Below are positions 48,082 through 58,911 of a stretch of 64,000 nt of DNA, piece by piece. The stretch lies in the IMG/VR virus record IMGVR_UViG_3300005918_000015; one strand, written 5' to 3'. The translations under genes were made by a program, and so were the position numbers. The notes beneath the pieces were generated by a model. That model saw only the letters and a list, made by a program, of their open reading frames with translations, made no database searches and was not told where the DNA came from. The number at the start of each line of letters is the position of its first letter. Within the stretch, counting starts at the first letter, position 1. The DNA comes from an uncultured virus (IMG/VR IMGVR_UViG_3300005918_000015). Lineage: Duplodnaviria > Heunggongvirae > Uroviricota > Caudoviricetes.

Positions 48082-48768
48082 TTAATCCTTTTCATCCTTG
48101 TGTTCAAGGATATTTCCAAGTTTAACTGTAAGATCCTTTATAACAGCAATCCGGGCATCCTCATAAGAGGTAATGAGCCCTTTGCTTTCAGTGTTTTCGG
48201 CTGCCTTAACCACTTTAGTCAGACCTTGAAACAGGTCTTCCAACTTGAGTAGCCCAGCAACAGCATCCCAACCTTTCCGTACATCACCAAAGAAAGCATC
48301 TATGGCAAAGTCCATAACGTCTTCTGATAGTTTGTTGTCAAATCCCATGTAATCCTGAATATTTTTCCTTATGTTGAGGCCTTTATCATTAACAATGCCT
48401 GCTATGTTTCTTACATAGAATTCTATCAGAAATGAGATGATTTCCGGTTTCGGGATCATTTGAGGTTCATGGACCAAAGGACAGAACTTACTTAGTTCTC
48501 CGGGCGGAGTTGCTTTTTGTTCATCCGACAAGGGTGCATAGAATGTAGTCCGACCGATATGTTCAGGGTGTTTACAGGTAGTGTAGCCTCGGACAGGTGG
48601 GTCTGATAGGGGTCTTGATAGGGGTCTGTAGCCCGGCCCCGCTGGTTTTGATAGAGGGCAATCCTCACAACGGGTGATTTTCATCTGTAGAAGTCGAGGT
48701 GTTTCTTGTTTTTCTTGTTCAAGAAATAAAGTTTTGTTTGGGTCACCTAAAGTATGTTGTGGTTTCAT
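48082..48768 (-). CDS. Cys/His-motif hypothetical protein (family with 53480 and 61033)
   Basis: CEDCP..CKHP..CPL..PKPEIISFLIEFY..SYEDAR. Confidence 0.7.
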   Translation of the reverse strand: MKPQHTLGDPNKTLFLEQEKQETPRLLQMKITRCEDCPLSKPAGPGYRPLSRPLSDPPVRGYTTCKHPEHIGRTTFYAPLSDEQKATPPGELSKFCPLVHEPQMIPKPEIISFLIEFYVRNIAGIVNDKGLNIRKNIQDYMGFDNKLSEDVMDFAIDAFFGDVRKGWDAVAGLLKLEDLFQGLTKVVKAAENTESKGLITSYEDARIAVIKDLTVKLGNILEHKDEKD

Positions 48769-50301
48769 AATAGTTTTCCTTAGTGAATTATCTCCTTAGC
48801 AAGAGGGTCTACCTGTCTCATAACACTCGGCCCTTTACACATATCACGGGCAAATTCGTTAACTTTGATGATAAATTCAAGGGTGTTATACTCAGAGTCT
48901 TGGAAACAACCCCACTCTGTAATCAGATACTGGAGGAATACAACACCTTCGATATCCCCTCTCACAGATAAAAGATTAATGTAAGCAAAGGTGTCCCAAA
49001 AGGCATCCAGTAACTCATTCGTGGCTCTGGGGTCATTTATACTATAGCCTATTCGGGTTGCTGTTGCTTCTCTTCGTTTCTTTAGTTCTTCCCGTTTCAT
49101 TTTGGGAATACTCCTTTGGCACATTCCCCACCATACCGCATGAAGGATTTTTTCAGGATATCGTCTTCAAATTCTTGGTCTCGTTCGTCAGATTGTCTCA
49201 GGGCATTGGAAATGGCAGTTGCAATCAACAAAAGTCTGCTCTGAGGTACCATTGGGGCACCGTAGTATTCAGAACGCGTGTAACACTCCGGTAGGGAAAA
49301 CATACCCAGAGTGATTAGTTCTTCACGAGATACGTCAGGAGGAACTGTGATATAATTAATAATGTAGTTGTTAAGTGTAACTGTTCGGACTTCTGAACTA
49401 CCTTTAACATCAGTCTCCTCATCCCATTTGACCTCTAGGACAACTTTTTGAAGGACTGAATGCCGTCTGTCCAGTTCTCCGATCAATCCGTTGATCTTCA
49501 TTCTGGTTTTATTAGGTACGCTTTCCAGATCAAGGGTCTTGAAAGTGACTGTTTCATCCACATGGTAGGGTGGGTCACTTCGAGCAATATTATATTCTCC
49601 GATAATACGGGCTTCAACGTGATACCCAGCGTTATGTTGAATCACTGTGCCTACAATTTTGATTTTCTGAAACGCGGGTTCTGTGAAGTCCCAGCGTCTA
49701 GTAGTCCCAGGTGCTTGAATTAGTCTCATATTAAAAACTTTCTGTTTTGAGTAAGTCGTATCTTGCTTTTTCCTTATTTAGTCTCGTAAATTCTACCCCT
49801 ATAGAATCCAATTCCTTCATAGCCAAATGATGAGGCATTTGAGACTCTTTAAGAGTTTTCACTCTTGATTCCAACTTTTCCATATCTTGTCTTAGGAAAA
49901 AGGCACAAGTAAATGTTTCGATTATTCCATCTGTTGTCATCAAGCCCTCCTAAAAGACAGGGTTTTTCTTTATTGTCTCTTGAGTTTTTTTGGTTGTCTC
50001 TGTTTTACCACAGAGATTACAAATCCTTGTCCATTGAGGTGTTTCAGTACCAGAAACATAATGAGGCAATCGACGGTCAATTCCCATAGTGCCTACAGGA
50101 TCACCCTCGATTTGGTATCCTTTTGTAATGATCGGGTCATAGACGGGATCACTCCATTGGTGGTTGCAGTTATGCTCACAAGCATCAAGTTGTCGTTTGA
50201 GGCTTTCAAGATTATCCTCAGCTTTCGTTATTTGTTTTCGTAGGTAGCTTGCATCAATTATAGTCATCGGGTTCTCCTTTTCATAATATCTTACCCCATT
50301 T

Positions 50302-50616
50302 TTAGGCATCAGAAGTGAGTTTAGCTTGAATGAGTTTAATGTCCTCATCGGTCAGGTCTTCATTTTCACCAGTGTCCATGTTGCAACGGACAATAGCAAA
50401 ATCACCATGGATCATGTCTTGGAGTTCGGGGATAAAGCGGTTGGGGAGTAAATTAGTGAGCTTGCCTTCTTCATTACAGATAATAGCAAGGGGTTCATTC
50501 ATCTCGAACCCGACCATTTCAATGGGTCCACCAACGACGTTTTGCAGCCCTTCAAGGCTGTTCTCAATATCAGTGATTTTAGGTTCATTTCCTACAGGGA
50601 CAATTATAACTTTCAT
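50302..50616 (-). CDS. DUF3846-like protein
   Basis: LEGLQNVVGGPIE..IICNEEGKLTNLLPNR..IHGDF signature. Confidence 0.8.
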   Translation of the reverse strand: MKVIIVPVGNEPKITDIENSLEGLQNVVGGPIEMVGFEMNEPLAIICNEEGKLTNLLPNRFIPELQDMIHGDFAIVRCNMDTGENEDLTDEDIKLIQAKLTSDA

Positions 50617-50685
50617 AGTTTCTCTCCTTGGTTGTCAGTATTCTTACTACAACAACCCACAAAAAAGAGAAACTAAGCCGTAGGA

Positions 50686-51012
50686 TTATTTGAGTGTCTG
50701 TTTTACTGTTGCAAAGAACTTAGCATACAGACTTTTAACTATAGCATTATAAACAGGAGGTGAGAGATCAGTAAGGCCTATAACATCAGGATTCCCGTAT
50801 TTTTTGAGCTGTCTGAGAGCAATGTCTGCATCCCCTGTCAGGAATCGAACGAAAGCATCAAGAACCCAGATCATTTTCGTGTTGTTAAAGTGAATGTCAA
50901 AATTAGCCTGTTTCAAGATCGGAACGATGTGTTTCCGAGTCTCAGGGCGTTTATTGGCTATCTTGGTCAGTTTTTTAATAGAATCGGTCATAATATCCTC
51001 CAGTCGTTTCAA
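50686..51012 (-). CDS. Small protein carrying the shared N-terminal peptide
   Basis: KKLTKIANKRPETRKHIVPILKQA resembles KLVKLANDNPDGIREHLVPILK. Confidence 0.65.
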   Translation of the reverse strand: MKRLEDIMTDSIKKLTKIANKRPETRKHIVPILKQANFDIHFNNTKMIWVLDAFVRFLTGDADIALRQLKKYGNPDVIGLTDLSPPVYNAIVKSLYAKFFATVKQTLK

Positions 51013-53479
51013 CTACTAAGAGGGATTGATAGGCTGATTATTGCTTTAGACTCTTTCTATAACCTTGAGGCATTTCAAGGCTAATTGTCGTCCAAGCTGC
51101 TTTGCACCTGAAAGATTTCTGTTAACCCACATAATTTGTTCAGTGTAAATACTGGAACCTTCAGCTTTACTAGCTCCTGAGACACGAAGCCAAGTATGAG
51201 CGTCACAACCCTTCTGGTTAGTTCGTATATGTATTTTCACTAGTCCTTTCGGGGTGTTAACATCTGCCCAAACAGCACTGTCATGACGACGTTTCCAAGG
51301 TATTCTACCAAGAGATGTATTAGGGACGGCATCCTTCATATCCCACTCTTTATAGGTGTTCAGAGCCATTTGACGTGCAATCCTTTTGGCTTGGGCGTAG
51401 CTGCCTGTCGTGGCATAGTTCCTGATGACTTTCCGGCCATCTTCTCGTCGAGCAAAAACTCGGATATCAATAGCATCTTCACAAGTTTTATTATCACAAG
51501 TATGACTCAGATATAAATAAATTTTCACATCAGGTAAAGGGACAATGGCCTCTACTCTTGCATTGTGTGCAAGTACAGGATTGGTTTCTGCCCACGTAAT
51601 TCGTTTAGGGAATCCTTTAAGTGGTGTCATCTCTTACCTCTCTTATCATCAGATACCTTCTTACTTGTTAACGGTGATTAAACCATCCACATCTCGTAGG
51701 GGTTTCCGACGAGGTGTTCTGACAGGTTTGGATGTTATTTTTATACCGGACTCAGCTGCCATTTTTCTAATAGCAGCCAAAACTTCATCCAGTTCCTTTT
51801 GTCTTTCAGGAGTCGGCCTTGGTATCCAGAGCATTATTCTATCTCCAGGAAAATGAGGAACTTATCGAACATTTCCTTGTCTGTAGTGAAAAATACATCA
51901 TTTACAATATCCAACCATGCTACAGTCTTATATTTACCCTGTAAGGATTCCCGTATCATGGCGGGTGACCCTGATTTGGCCAGAGTTTGGATGTCTTCGA
52001 TACACTGGTCTATGACCTTTGACGGGGCAAAAATGTGAAAAGTTTTGCCACTGTATTCAACGGCTGATTTGGTGTAATCTTTCTGATTTCCGTTGATCCG
52101 AGTCAAGCATTCAGGCAGTGCTGACCACTCAAACTCAGATCGTCCCATATAATCAAAAGACAAGATTGGGATGAGTTCCTCCACGGCTTCCGGGGTCAGG
52201 CCGTGGCCACCTCCACCAAAAGGCATCTGGAATAGTCTGGGGGTCATATTAGCCTTGGGAGGCTCGATTCTTTGGATTCTCTCTGAATTTAATATCATGT
52301 TTTAAACTCCTGCCAGCCACGGTATGTAAGCTGAGAAATTGTGAGCAATGATGCTCCAACCTATTTCACAAAGGTTAAAAACCAGTAGCCCAAGAGCAAA
52401 GTTAGACAGGGCATTAAAGATCACGGCTGTTTTGTGAGTGAGTACAGGATCGTTTACAAAGAAACCTGTACAGAACTGACTGATGAATTTCAGGACAACA
52501 AACAGAGCAAATGCTTGAGGTACTGTGGAAAAAGTTGTTTCAATGGGCATTACATATCTCCTTATGTTTTTTGGACAATGTTATATTTCTTCAAGGTATC
52601 CAGCCGAACATCACAGGTTTTCTCTCATTTTTTTTTCATTTAATTCTCCTGTAAATGTTTATTCCTGACTGTCGTGACATGTGCCACAATGGAGTCAGTT
52701 CTTGTCATCCGTTTGTCTTTGGTGTGGTGTTCAAAGGTCATATCTGTGATAACGGCTTTTGGTTTATCCAATACTTCTTGCGGGATTGAATTCGGCCATA
52801 CCGGTTTTATAGTCTTAAACTCACAGGTAACTCGGAGAGTCACATTTTTCATGTTGGGGATGTGGATAGTTGAACCACTGAGTTTCCCACCGTGTCCGAC
52901 TGCTTTCAAGGCATCGTTGATGGGGCCTAAAAAATTATTTATTGCTTGGACTCTTGTATTTGTAGCCTTGTCAAAACAAGCCTTATGGTAAATACCGTTC
53001 AGCATTGGGTAATCGGTATTACCCAAACGTACCCAGTAGGCTTTAGTGCCTTTGTCTACAGGTTTTCCGCAGCAAGGGCAGCCATTTGTGGTTTGGTGGA
53101 TGAACACGAAGTCTGAGTTTTCTTTGAGGTATTCACCTTCTTCTTTGGTGTAAGTTTTCATTGCCATTGTTTTTCTCCTGTTAAAAAGTATCTCTCTTGT
53201 GCATAACCTATTCTTTAGTAGCTTGTTTATAACAGAATATGTGGTACATAGCAGCTTCAGAAGAACCATTGCCTTGTACCCAATAACTTTCAGAGTTAGC
53301 TTGAATGATTTCCCCACAACAAGAGCAAGTGGTTGCTTGGAGGATTTTTACTCTACGAGCCAGCTCTTTCATATTTTTGATTTCATCTTTGGTATAAGTT
53401 TTCATTTCCATTGTTTTCTCCTGTTAAAAAGTGTCTCTCTTTCTACTACAACAACCCACAATAAAGAGAAACTAAGCCA

Positions 53480-54553
53480 TTAAGATAATTTTTCCAAAAC
53501 TTCGTCTGCTATCTCACGGGTTAATCCTGTATCGGTGTCCGTTAGGACAAGACGATCCATCAAATGGGCCATGTCAGTTTCGTCATCAAGGATAACAAAA
53601 CGGGTGTATTGAGGATGCTCTTTTAACCAAGCAGCAATTTCGTCTCCACGTTGTTTCCCATCCAGTTCCGGGGTCATACCGATCATATCACCGGTTATCC
53701 CACGTCCAAAGAAAAAACTTAGTTCACGGCTGCTTTTCCTCCATGATGAAGAAATAACAATTTGAGCTCCTGTTTTATCAGTAATTTCATTAAGGAGTTT
53801 AACACACTGAGGTGCCATCCAGTAAATGATTTTGAGCATTAATTCTTGGTCGTCCGGCTCCATGTCTACAAGACGTTCTGTGGGTTCGGGTTTCCCAAGC
53901 TTGGCCCATTCTTTTTCAGGTTCCCAATCATCCATAGGGTTCATCACCCCATCCATGTCCAAGAATATGATCGGAGGTGGTTCCATAACGCCCCTGAGCA
54001 GCCCTACAACCTCTGTTAAGGTGTCAAAGCGAGCTTCGTCATAGGACGAGAACAAATCGTGACTCTGAGGCTTGTCAGGCGTTCCGTTTATTTCGGATTT
54101 CAGTTTTTTATAAACGGTGGCCAGTCGGCCCATTCCTAAGATGGGGTCCCAACTATTCGGGATACGTTTGACTATCTCCTGTTTCGTCAGGTCCATCATC
54201 TTCTGTTTGACTATTTCAAAAGCTAACATTGTTTTCCCACTACCTTGAGTGAGAGCTAACATTTTTTTCCCTTCGTCTTTGATTTTTTCTTTTGTGTATG
54301 CATTCATTAAGTCCTGATAAAACTCAGACAGGAATTTGATTGTATCAGGTTCAGGGAATAATGTGTGGTCAGAAAGTGGACAGGTTGAATCTGGAGTGTC
54401 ATTTTTGTAAGCTAGTTTGAGGAATTCCCCAGAAATTGGGTTATACATCCCTCGGGTGGATTTAGGGTGGTGGCAACAATCATGATGATTTTCACCCCTT
54501 CGGTTCCAAGGGCAGTCTTTACAAGATTCAATTTGAGCATATAGAGTTTTCAT
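53480..54553 (-). CDS. Cys/His-motif domain fused to a HAD-superfamily (HAD_SAK-like) domain
   Basis: C-terminal IIFLDMDGVM, IVISSSWR, RGDEIAAWL, FVILDD. Confidence 0.8.
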   Translation of the reverse strand: MKTLYAQIESCKDCPWNRRGENHHDCCHHPKSTRGMYNPISGEFLKLAYKNDTPDSTCPLSDHTLFPEPDTIKFLSEFYQDLMNAYTKEKIKDEGKKMLALTQGSGKTMLAFEIVKQKMMDLTKQEIVKRIPNSWDPILGMGRLATVYKKLKSEINGTPDKPQSHDLFSSYDEARFDTLTEVVGLLRGVMEPPPIIFLDMDGVMNPMDDWEPEKEWAKLGKPEPTERLVDMEPDDQELMLKIIYWMAPQCVKLLNEITDKTGAQIVISSSWRKSSRELSFFFGRGITGDMIGMTPELDGKQRGDEIAAWLKEHPQYTRFVILDDETDMAHLMDRLVLTDTDTGLTREIADEVLEKLS

Positions 54554-55172
54554 ACTTCAACAACCCACAACTTTCCAAAACTAAGCCGATTTTATTAAAC
54601 AGTCATCAGTTTCTTTGTTTGATGGAGTATTTTTGACAGCCTCTGAGCATAATTCCCATGCTTGGCTATCTTGGCCAAAGCCCCTCCAAGGATTTCATCA
54701 AGGGTGCTTACATTGTAATCGTATATCTCATAAACCTCAACTTTTTGTTTCCGGCCTTTCACCAAGGTTTTGCCTGATAATATGACACGTACTTCAATTA
54801 AATCAGGTGCTGGCCTAATTGCATTTCCCTTAAGCTGTGGTCCATTCTCAAGGGTTTTTTCAAAGGTCCAAACTCCATATGAAGTTTCTGTAATATCCAT
54901 ACTATCTCCTATCAGAACGGGCAGTCATCACAGGTCTCTATGAAATTAATTTTCTTTGTCATCCTTAAGCCTCTCAAATGTAATTGGAGTACTTGTCATC
55001 ACGTCATTGGATTCAGGCATCTCAGGGGCTGATACGAAACATACTTCTTCTGCATAGGTGATTGTTGCTCCACAACCCATACAGGTTTGAGGGAGATCCT
55101 TGATCGGGGTCACTGTAACTCCATATAAAGTGTCAATGTAGTGAGGGAATGGGCAATTTTTATCACTCATAG

Positions 55173-55796
55173 TTATTTCCTTTTAGGTGTAAACATTGAG
55201 GAAGGGGTCATCATTTTCTGAATTTCTTTTTGCATCATTTTCCGAGCCTCTTTTCCCATCATTTTCTGGTTATTCTGGGAGGTATTAATAAAAAGACCAG
55301 CCAATAGCGTATTTGAGTTATATAAATTCTCTTTACCCCAGTCCATAGTAGACAGCTTTGTTGTGAAACTGCCCGGGTCGATAGTTATCGTTTTACCTTC
55401 TTTTTCAATGCATTGAGGACACTTAACAGTGTCTTGTTGAGTATTATTATCATACCCTGATTTCCAACCAGCAAGCTCCAGAACCGATCCCGGCTGATAC
55501 CACTGACCCAACGGGAATGATTCTGTTCGGCCACATTGAGTACAAGTAGCCGAACAGCGGAACGGTGCTTCAGGATTTTGCTGGTATAAAGGCTTTAGAG
55601 GAATATTCAAGAACAAATCTTTAGCAGAATAACTCTTAGTGTGTATTTCGGAAGCTTGTTTACCACACCTCGGACAATCCACAATACCCTGAGCATAAAA
55701 CTCCAACCTGTGGTGAATTGTCTTAATCTGAAACAGCATCGGATCATCACAGTTTGGACATTTTCCGCTGTATGTTCTTGTCATTTCCTCTAGCAT
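55173..55796 (-). CDS. Multi-CxxC zinc-binding protein
   Basis: CPNC, CPRC, CTQC, CPQC. Confidence 0.7.
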   Translation of the reverse strand: MLEEMTRTYSGKCPNCDDPMLFQIKTIHHRLEFYAQGIVDCPRCGKQASEIHTKSYSAKDLFLNIPLKPLYQQNPEAPFRCSATCTQCGRTESFPLGQWYQPGSVLELAGWKSGYDNNTQQDTVKCPQCIEKEGKTITIDPGSFTTKLSTMDWGKENLYNSNTLLAGLFINTSQNNQKMMGKEARKMMQKEIQKMMTPSSMFTPKRK

Positions 55797-56187
55797 TAAA
55801 CCAAGCCTTCCCCCAACTCTTCTGAGAAAGTCCTGATCAGAGCTGTGGCCTCTTTTACCGGCAGACTTTTAACAGCTCTCTTAATCAGGGCTGTCCGTTC
55901 CATAATTGACAGGAAACCTGAACTCTTAGTAGAGAAATCGGGCGTCTCCTCAGATACCCGTGGGTTTCTGATTCTTAGGAGACAAGGGTGTTTCTCACTG
56001 AATTTAATAAGATCCACCCCTTCGTAACAGCTTCGTAACCCCCCGTTGACGGGCTCAGAATAGAAAGGGACATTATAACAACGTAGCCGGGAACCGACAG
56101 TATCAGAAGTTTTTTGGAATCCCAGTAACCTCGTTAGGCTAGATACATAGTATATCTTAGAGGGGTCTATTTTAAGATAAGTTGTTT

Positions 56188-56745
56188 TCATATTGTACCT
56201 TTTTCCAATCCTGTTGTAAAGCCTGTCAGCAATGCTTGTGCTGAATCTACACCCATACCTTCCACAGCTTTTTCAAGAAATCGGTTATTTACCGATTTTA
56301 CTGGTATGTCCTTTAATTTGTTGGGTTTTTTCACAAGCAAGGCTGCATCTTTCCCATAGTACCGTGTTATGGAAAGCTTGAACCCTGCTTGTTCTTGTTG
56401 TAGTGTTGTAGCGTTTCGAACTCCAGCTTGTATTAACCGATTTACGATAGTCGTTGTACCCATTCCGAGAATGTCTGAAATTTCAGAAAGAGTATAAAGC
56501 CTGTAAGGTTCAAAACCGTGAATCAACTCTTTTGGTTTTTCTTCCACTTTCTTAGGCATCTCGAAGCCTGGGTTAAGTATACCAAGGCCGGCACTAATAA
56601 CATCCTCTCCTTGATAACCACCACCGTCTATTTTATAACCACGGCTTTTCATCTCTTTTTTGACTTCTTTATAACTGATGCCCAAGAGAAACGATAGGTC
56701 TGACAAAGTGTATAGGGTGTTAGGGACTACGAGGGGTTGGTTCAT
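56188..56745 (-). CDS. Tandem HTH-repeat DNA-binding protein
   Basis: Two LYTLS(D/E)(L/I)S..LG...Y.G.D repeats. Confidence 0.65.
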   Translation of the reverse strand: MNQPLVVPNTLYTLSDLSFLLGISYKEVKKEMKSRGYKIDGGGYQGEDVISAGLGILNPGFEMPKKVEEKPKELIHGFEPYRLYTLSEISDILGMGTTTIVNRLIQAGVRNATTLQQEQAGFKLSITRYYGKDAALLVKKPNKLKDIPVKSVNNRFLEKAVEGMGVDSAQALLTGFTTGLEKGTI

Positions 56746-57338
56746 GATCTCCTCCCTGACTTTCCTGACAAAATTACCACCATGTTTTCAAACTGCTCAA
56801 TACCTTTTTTCCGTAAAGTTTTTTGGCCTCTAGGAATCCTGGAATTTTTCAAAGAATCCAAGATGTGAGCAGCTCTTTTTTTGCTAAAAGATGCCGTTAC
56901 GGTTGGAGCTGGTGGGACTCTGCCGAGATGTCTGTACACTTCAGACCTGAGATCTTGACATGTCCACGCATAAGCACCAAGCTCAATCAGGGATATGATT
57001 TCTGTTGCAGGCAACAGGCATAAAAGGTGGAAGTTGGTTTTGTGCATGTTAAGCATATGATCTTTGATTATTACATAATTACTACCTGTGAGACTGCGTA
57101 TTTCAGTCATCCGTTCATATGCTTGGATAGCCTTAGTAGCTAAGGCCGGTGAAATCAAAGAATACGTAAGGTATAGCCCCCATTTTTTGAAATATGGTTC
57201 CATATTCCGGAAATGGTTATTCTTTTTGATATCCAAAAGTACCCCACCCATTTTGATGAGGTCATTACGTCTGCCTGTTTTCAATTTATAAACGGCAGCT
57301 TGGAGTCGAAGTGCTTTTTTAGTGGTTTTCTGTTTCAT
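56742..57338 (-). CDS. Basic hypothetical protein, paralog of 57415..58005
   Basis: Shared RR.D.I..G..L..I......M.P.F.....YL and LC.LP...I..L.E. Confidence 0.7.
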   Translation of the reverse strand: MKQKTTKKALRLQAAVYKLKTGRRNDLIKMGGVLLDIKKNNHFRNMEPYFKKWGLYLTYSLISPALATKAIQAYERMTEIRSLTGSNYVIIKDHMLNMHKTNFHLLCLLPATEIISLIELGAYAWTCQDLRSEVYRHLGRVPPAPTVTASFSKKRAAHILDSLKNSRIPRGQKTLRKKGIEQFENMVVILSGKSGRRS

Positions 57339-57414
57339 AGCTCAAGTATCCTCCTTTAAGGATTGGTAAAAAAACTTACTTATATAATTATTACCCTAAA
57401 TTTGTTGGGTATCC

Positions 57415-58005
57415 TTACAAAGCTAATAAACGGCGTTGAAGCCTGAGTTGTAATTCTTTTTTGACAATTCCTTGGTTTCTAGGGGCTTTTAGTTTATCAA
57501 GTCCTTTTATGATCAGGATTAATTCTTGATCATACACAGATAAATTTATTTGCTTTTTCAGAGGGGAGTCTCCACATAGGTTTCTGACTTTTGATCGTAA
57601 TTGTCGTTCGTTTAGTTGATTTAGCTGATTGCTTTCCACTAACTCAGCAATATCTTTAACAGGTAATCGACATAGAGTATTCAAGTTTGCTTTAGACATT
57701 TGAAACAGTTGCTTCTGTATGGAATTAGCTCTTTCAGCACCAACAACTTTAAGAAGCCCTTCAAATTTCTCCCAAGTATTAATAGCTCTATAGGCATATG
57801 ACAGTGTGAATCCTTCACTGCCTAAGTATGCTTTCAAGCTGGAAAAACTGGGGGTCATATGTTTGTACAGTTTCTTTTCTCTGATGTTATTCAGCCACTG
57901 ACCGAGACCGATGTAATCTTTCCGTCTATTATTTCTTAGTTTCTGTACCTGATTTTTGGCTTTAGACGCTTGGGTCTTTAAATTTTTCATATTGAACTCC
58001 TTCAT
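57415..58005 (-). CDS. Basic hypothetical protein, paralog of 56742..57338
   Basis: Same conserved pattern as its paralog; AAGGAG RBS. Confidence 0.7.
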   Translation of the reverse strand: MKEFNMKNLKTQASKAKNQVQKLRNNRRKDYIGLGQWLNNIREKKLYKHMTPSFSSLKAYLGSEGFTLSYAYRAINTWEKFEGLLKVVGAERANSIQKQLFQMSKANLNTLCRLPVKDIAELVESNQLNQLNERQLRSKVRNLCGDSPLKKQINLSVYDQELILIIKGLDKLKAPRNQGIVKKELQLRLQRRLLAL

Positions 58006-58868
58006 TTGGATTGGGTGTGTGGCCCTCTTTTAAGAGGTTCCGCTAAATTATATTCTTTCACATAAAAATTGAGAGTTGGGCCTTCATACTTTAAGAATTG
58101 TGTACGTTCTTCGATCTGGAATGGGACACGAAGACGTTGAAGACGGAATCTAGCACTGTTACGTGTTAATCGAAGTATTGAATTGATTTCTCCAATACCG
58201 TACAGACGATCTTCAAAGAGATCATCTGTAAGAACAAGTGGCGTTAAAAGTCCAGGTTTAAGTGTTTCTTCTTCTAATAACATTTCCCCAGAATACATAA
58301 ATTTTTTATCTATTTTGAATTTGGGCAGTCTTCGTAAATGTATTTCTTCAATTGTATGCTCACCACAGATTTCTCTTATTTGCTTGAAGGAGTAGATTCG
58401 ATCTGCTCTGATTTTTTCAAGGGTTTCTTTTTTTGTGATGGGTTTGAGTTTCTGTAAGATTTTTGGTGCTTCTTCAGCAGCCTTTAAAAGAGTAAAACCA
58501 TAATAAAGACGGTCTTTCCCTTTCACTCCACAGGAAGGGATTTCCTGCCTATCAAACATTGTTTGTGTTTGATAAACTGACTTATTAAGCATGACTGATA
58601 CATTTTTAGCAGTGTATTTTTTATTTGATTCAAGAACAACTGAAAGTTTTCTGTCTGGGAAGGAACTTTTTTTTCCTAATACAATTTTGTTACTAAAAAA
58701 CCCCTCAGTCATAGCTTTTTTAATATCTGACCCTTGATACTTAACAGGTTTTGTTGTTTTTGGTATTTGGAATGCCAGGAGCCTGCTTTTTATGGTCCCT
58801 TTAGGTAATCCTGACATGTCGGTTAATTCTTGTAGTGAGTATCCTTGTTTTGCATTTATTTTAAGCAT
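58002..58868 (-). CDS. Four-repeat HTH DNA-binding protein
   Basis: Repeats YSLQEL..Y.G, YTAKNV..YYG, YSFKQI..YSG and YGIGEI..YEG. Start taken as MLKIN, downstream of the promoter-like element. Confidence 0.65.
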   Translation of the reverse strand: MLKINAKQGYSLQELTDMSGLPKGTIKSRLLAFQIPKTTKPVKYQGSDIKKAMTEGFFSNKIVLGKKSSFPDRKLSVVLESNKKYTAKNVSVMLNKSVYQTQTMFDRQEIPSCGVKGKDRLYYGFTLLKAAEEAPKILQKLKPITKKETLEKIRADRIYSFKQIREICGEHTIEEIHLRRLPKFKIDKKFMYSGEMLLEEETLKPGLLTPLVLTDDLFEDRLYGIGEINSILRLTRNSARFRLQRLRVPFQIEERTQFLKYEGPTLNFYVKEYNLAEPLKRGPHTQSK

Positions 58869-58911
58869 GATATTCTCTCTTTCTACTACAACAACCCACA
58901 ACTTTTCAAAA

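Noticed and set aside
54220..54280. QGSGKT as a P-loop NTPase in 53480..54553
   Set aside because: There is no Walker B or surrounding NTPase fold; it sits in a short local duplication (GKKMLA / GKTMLA).
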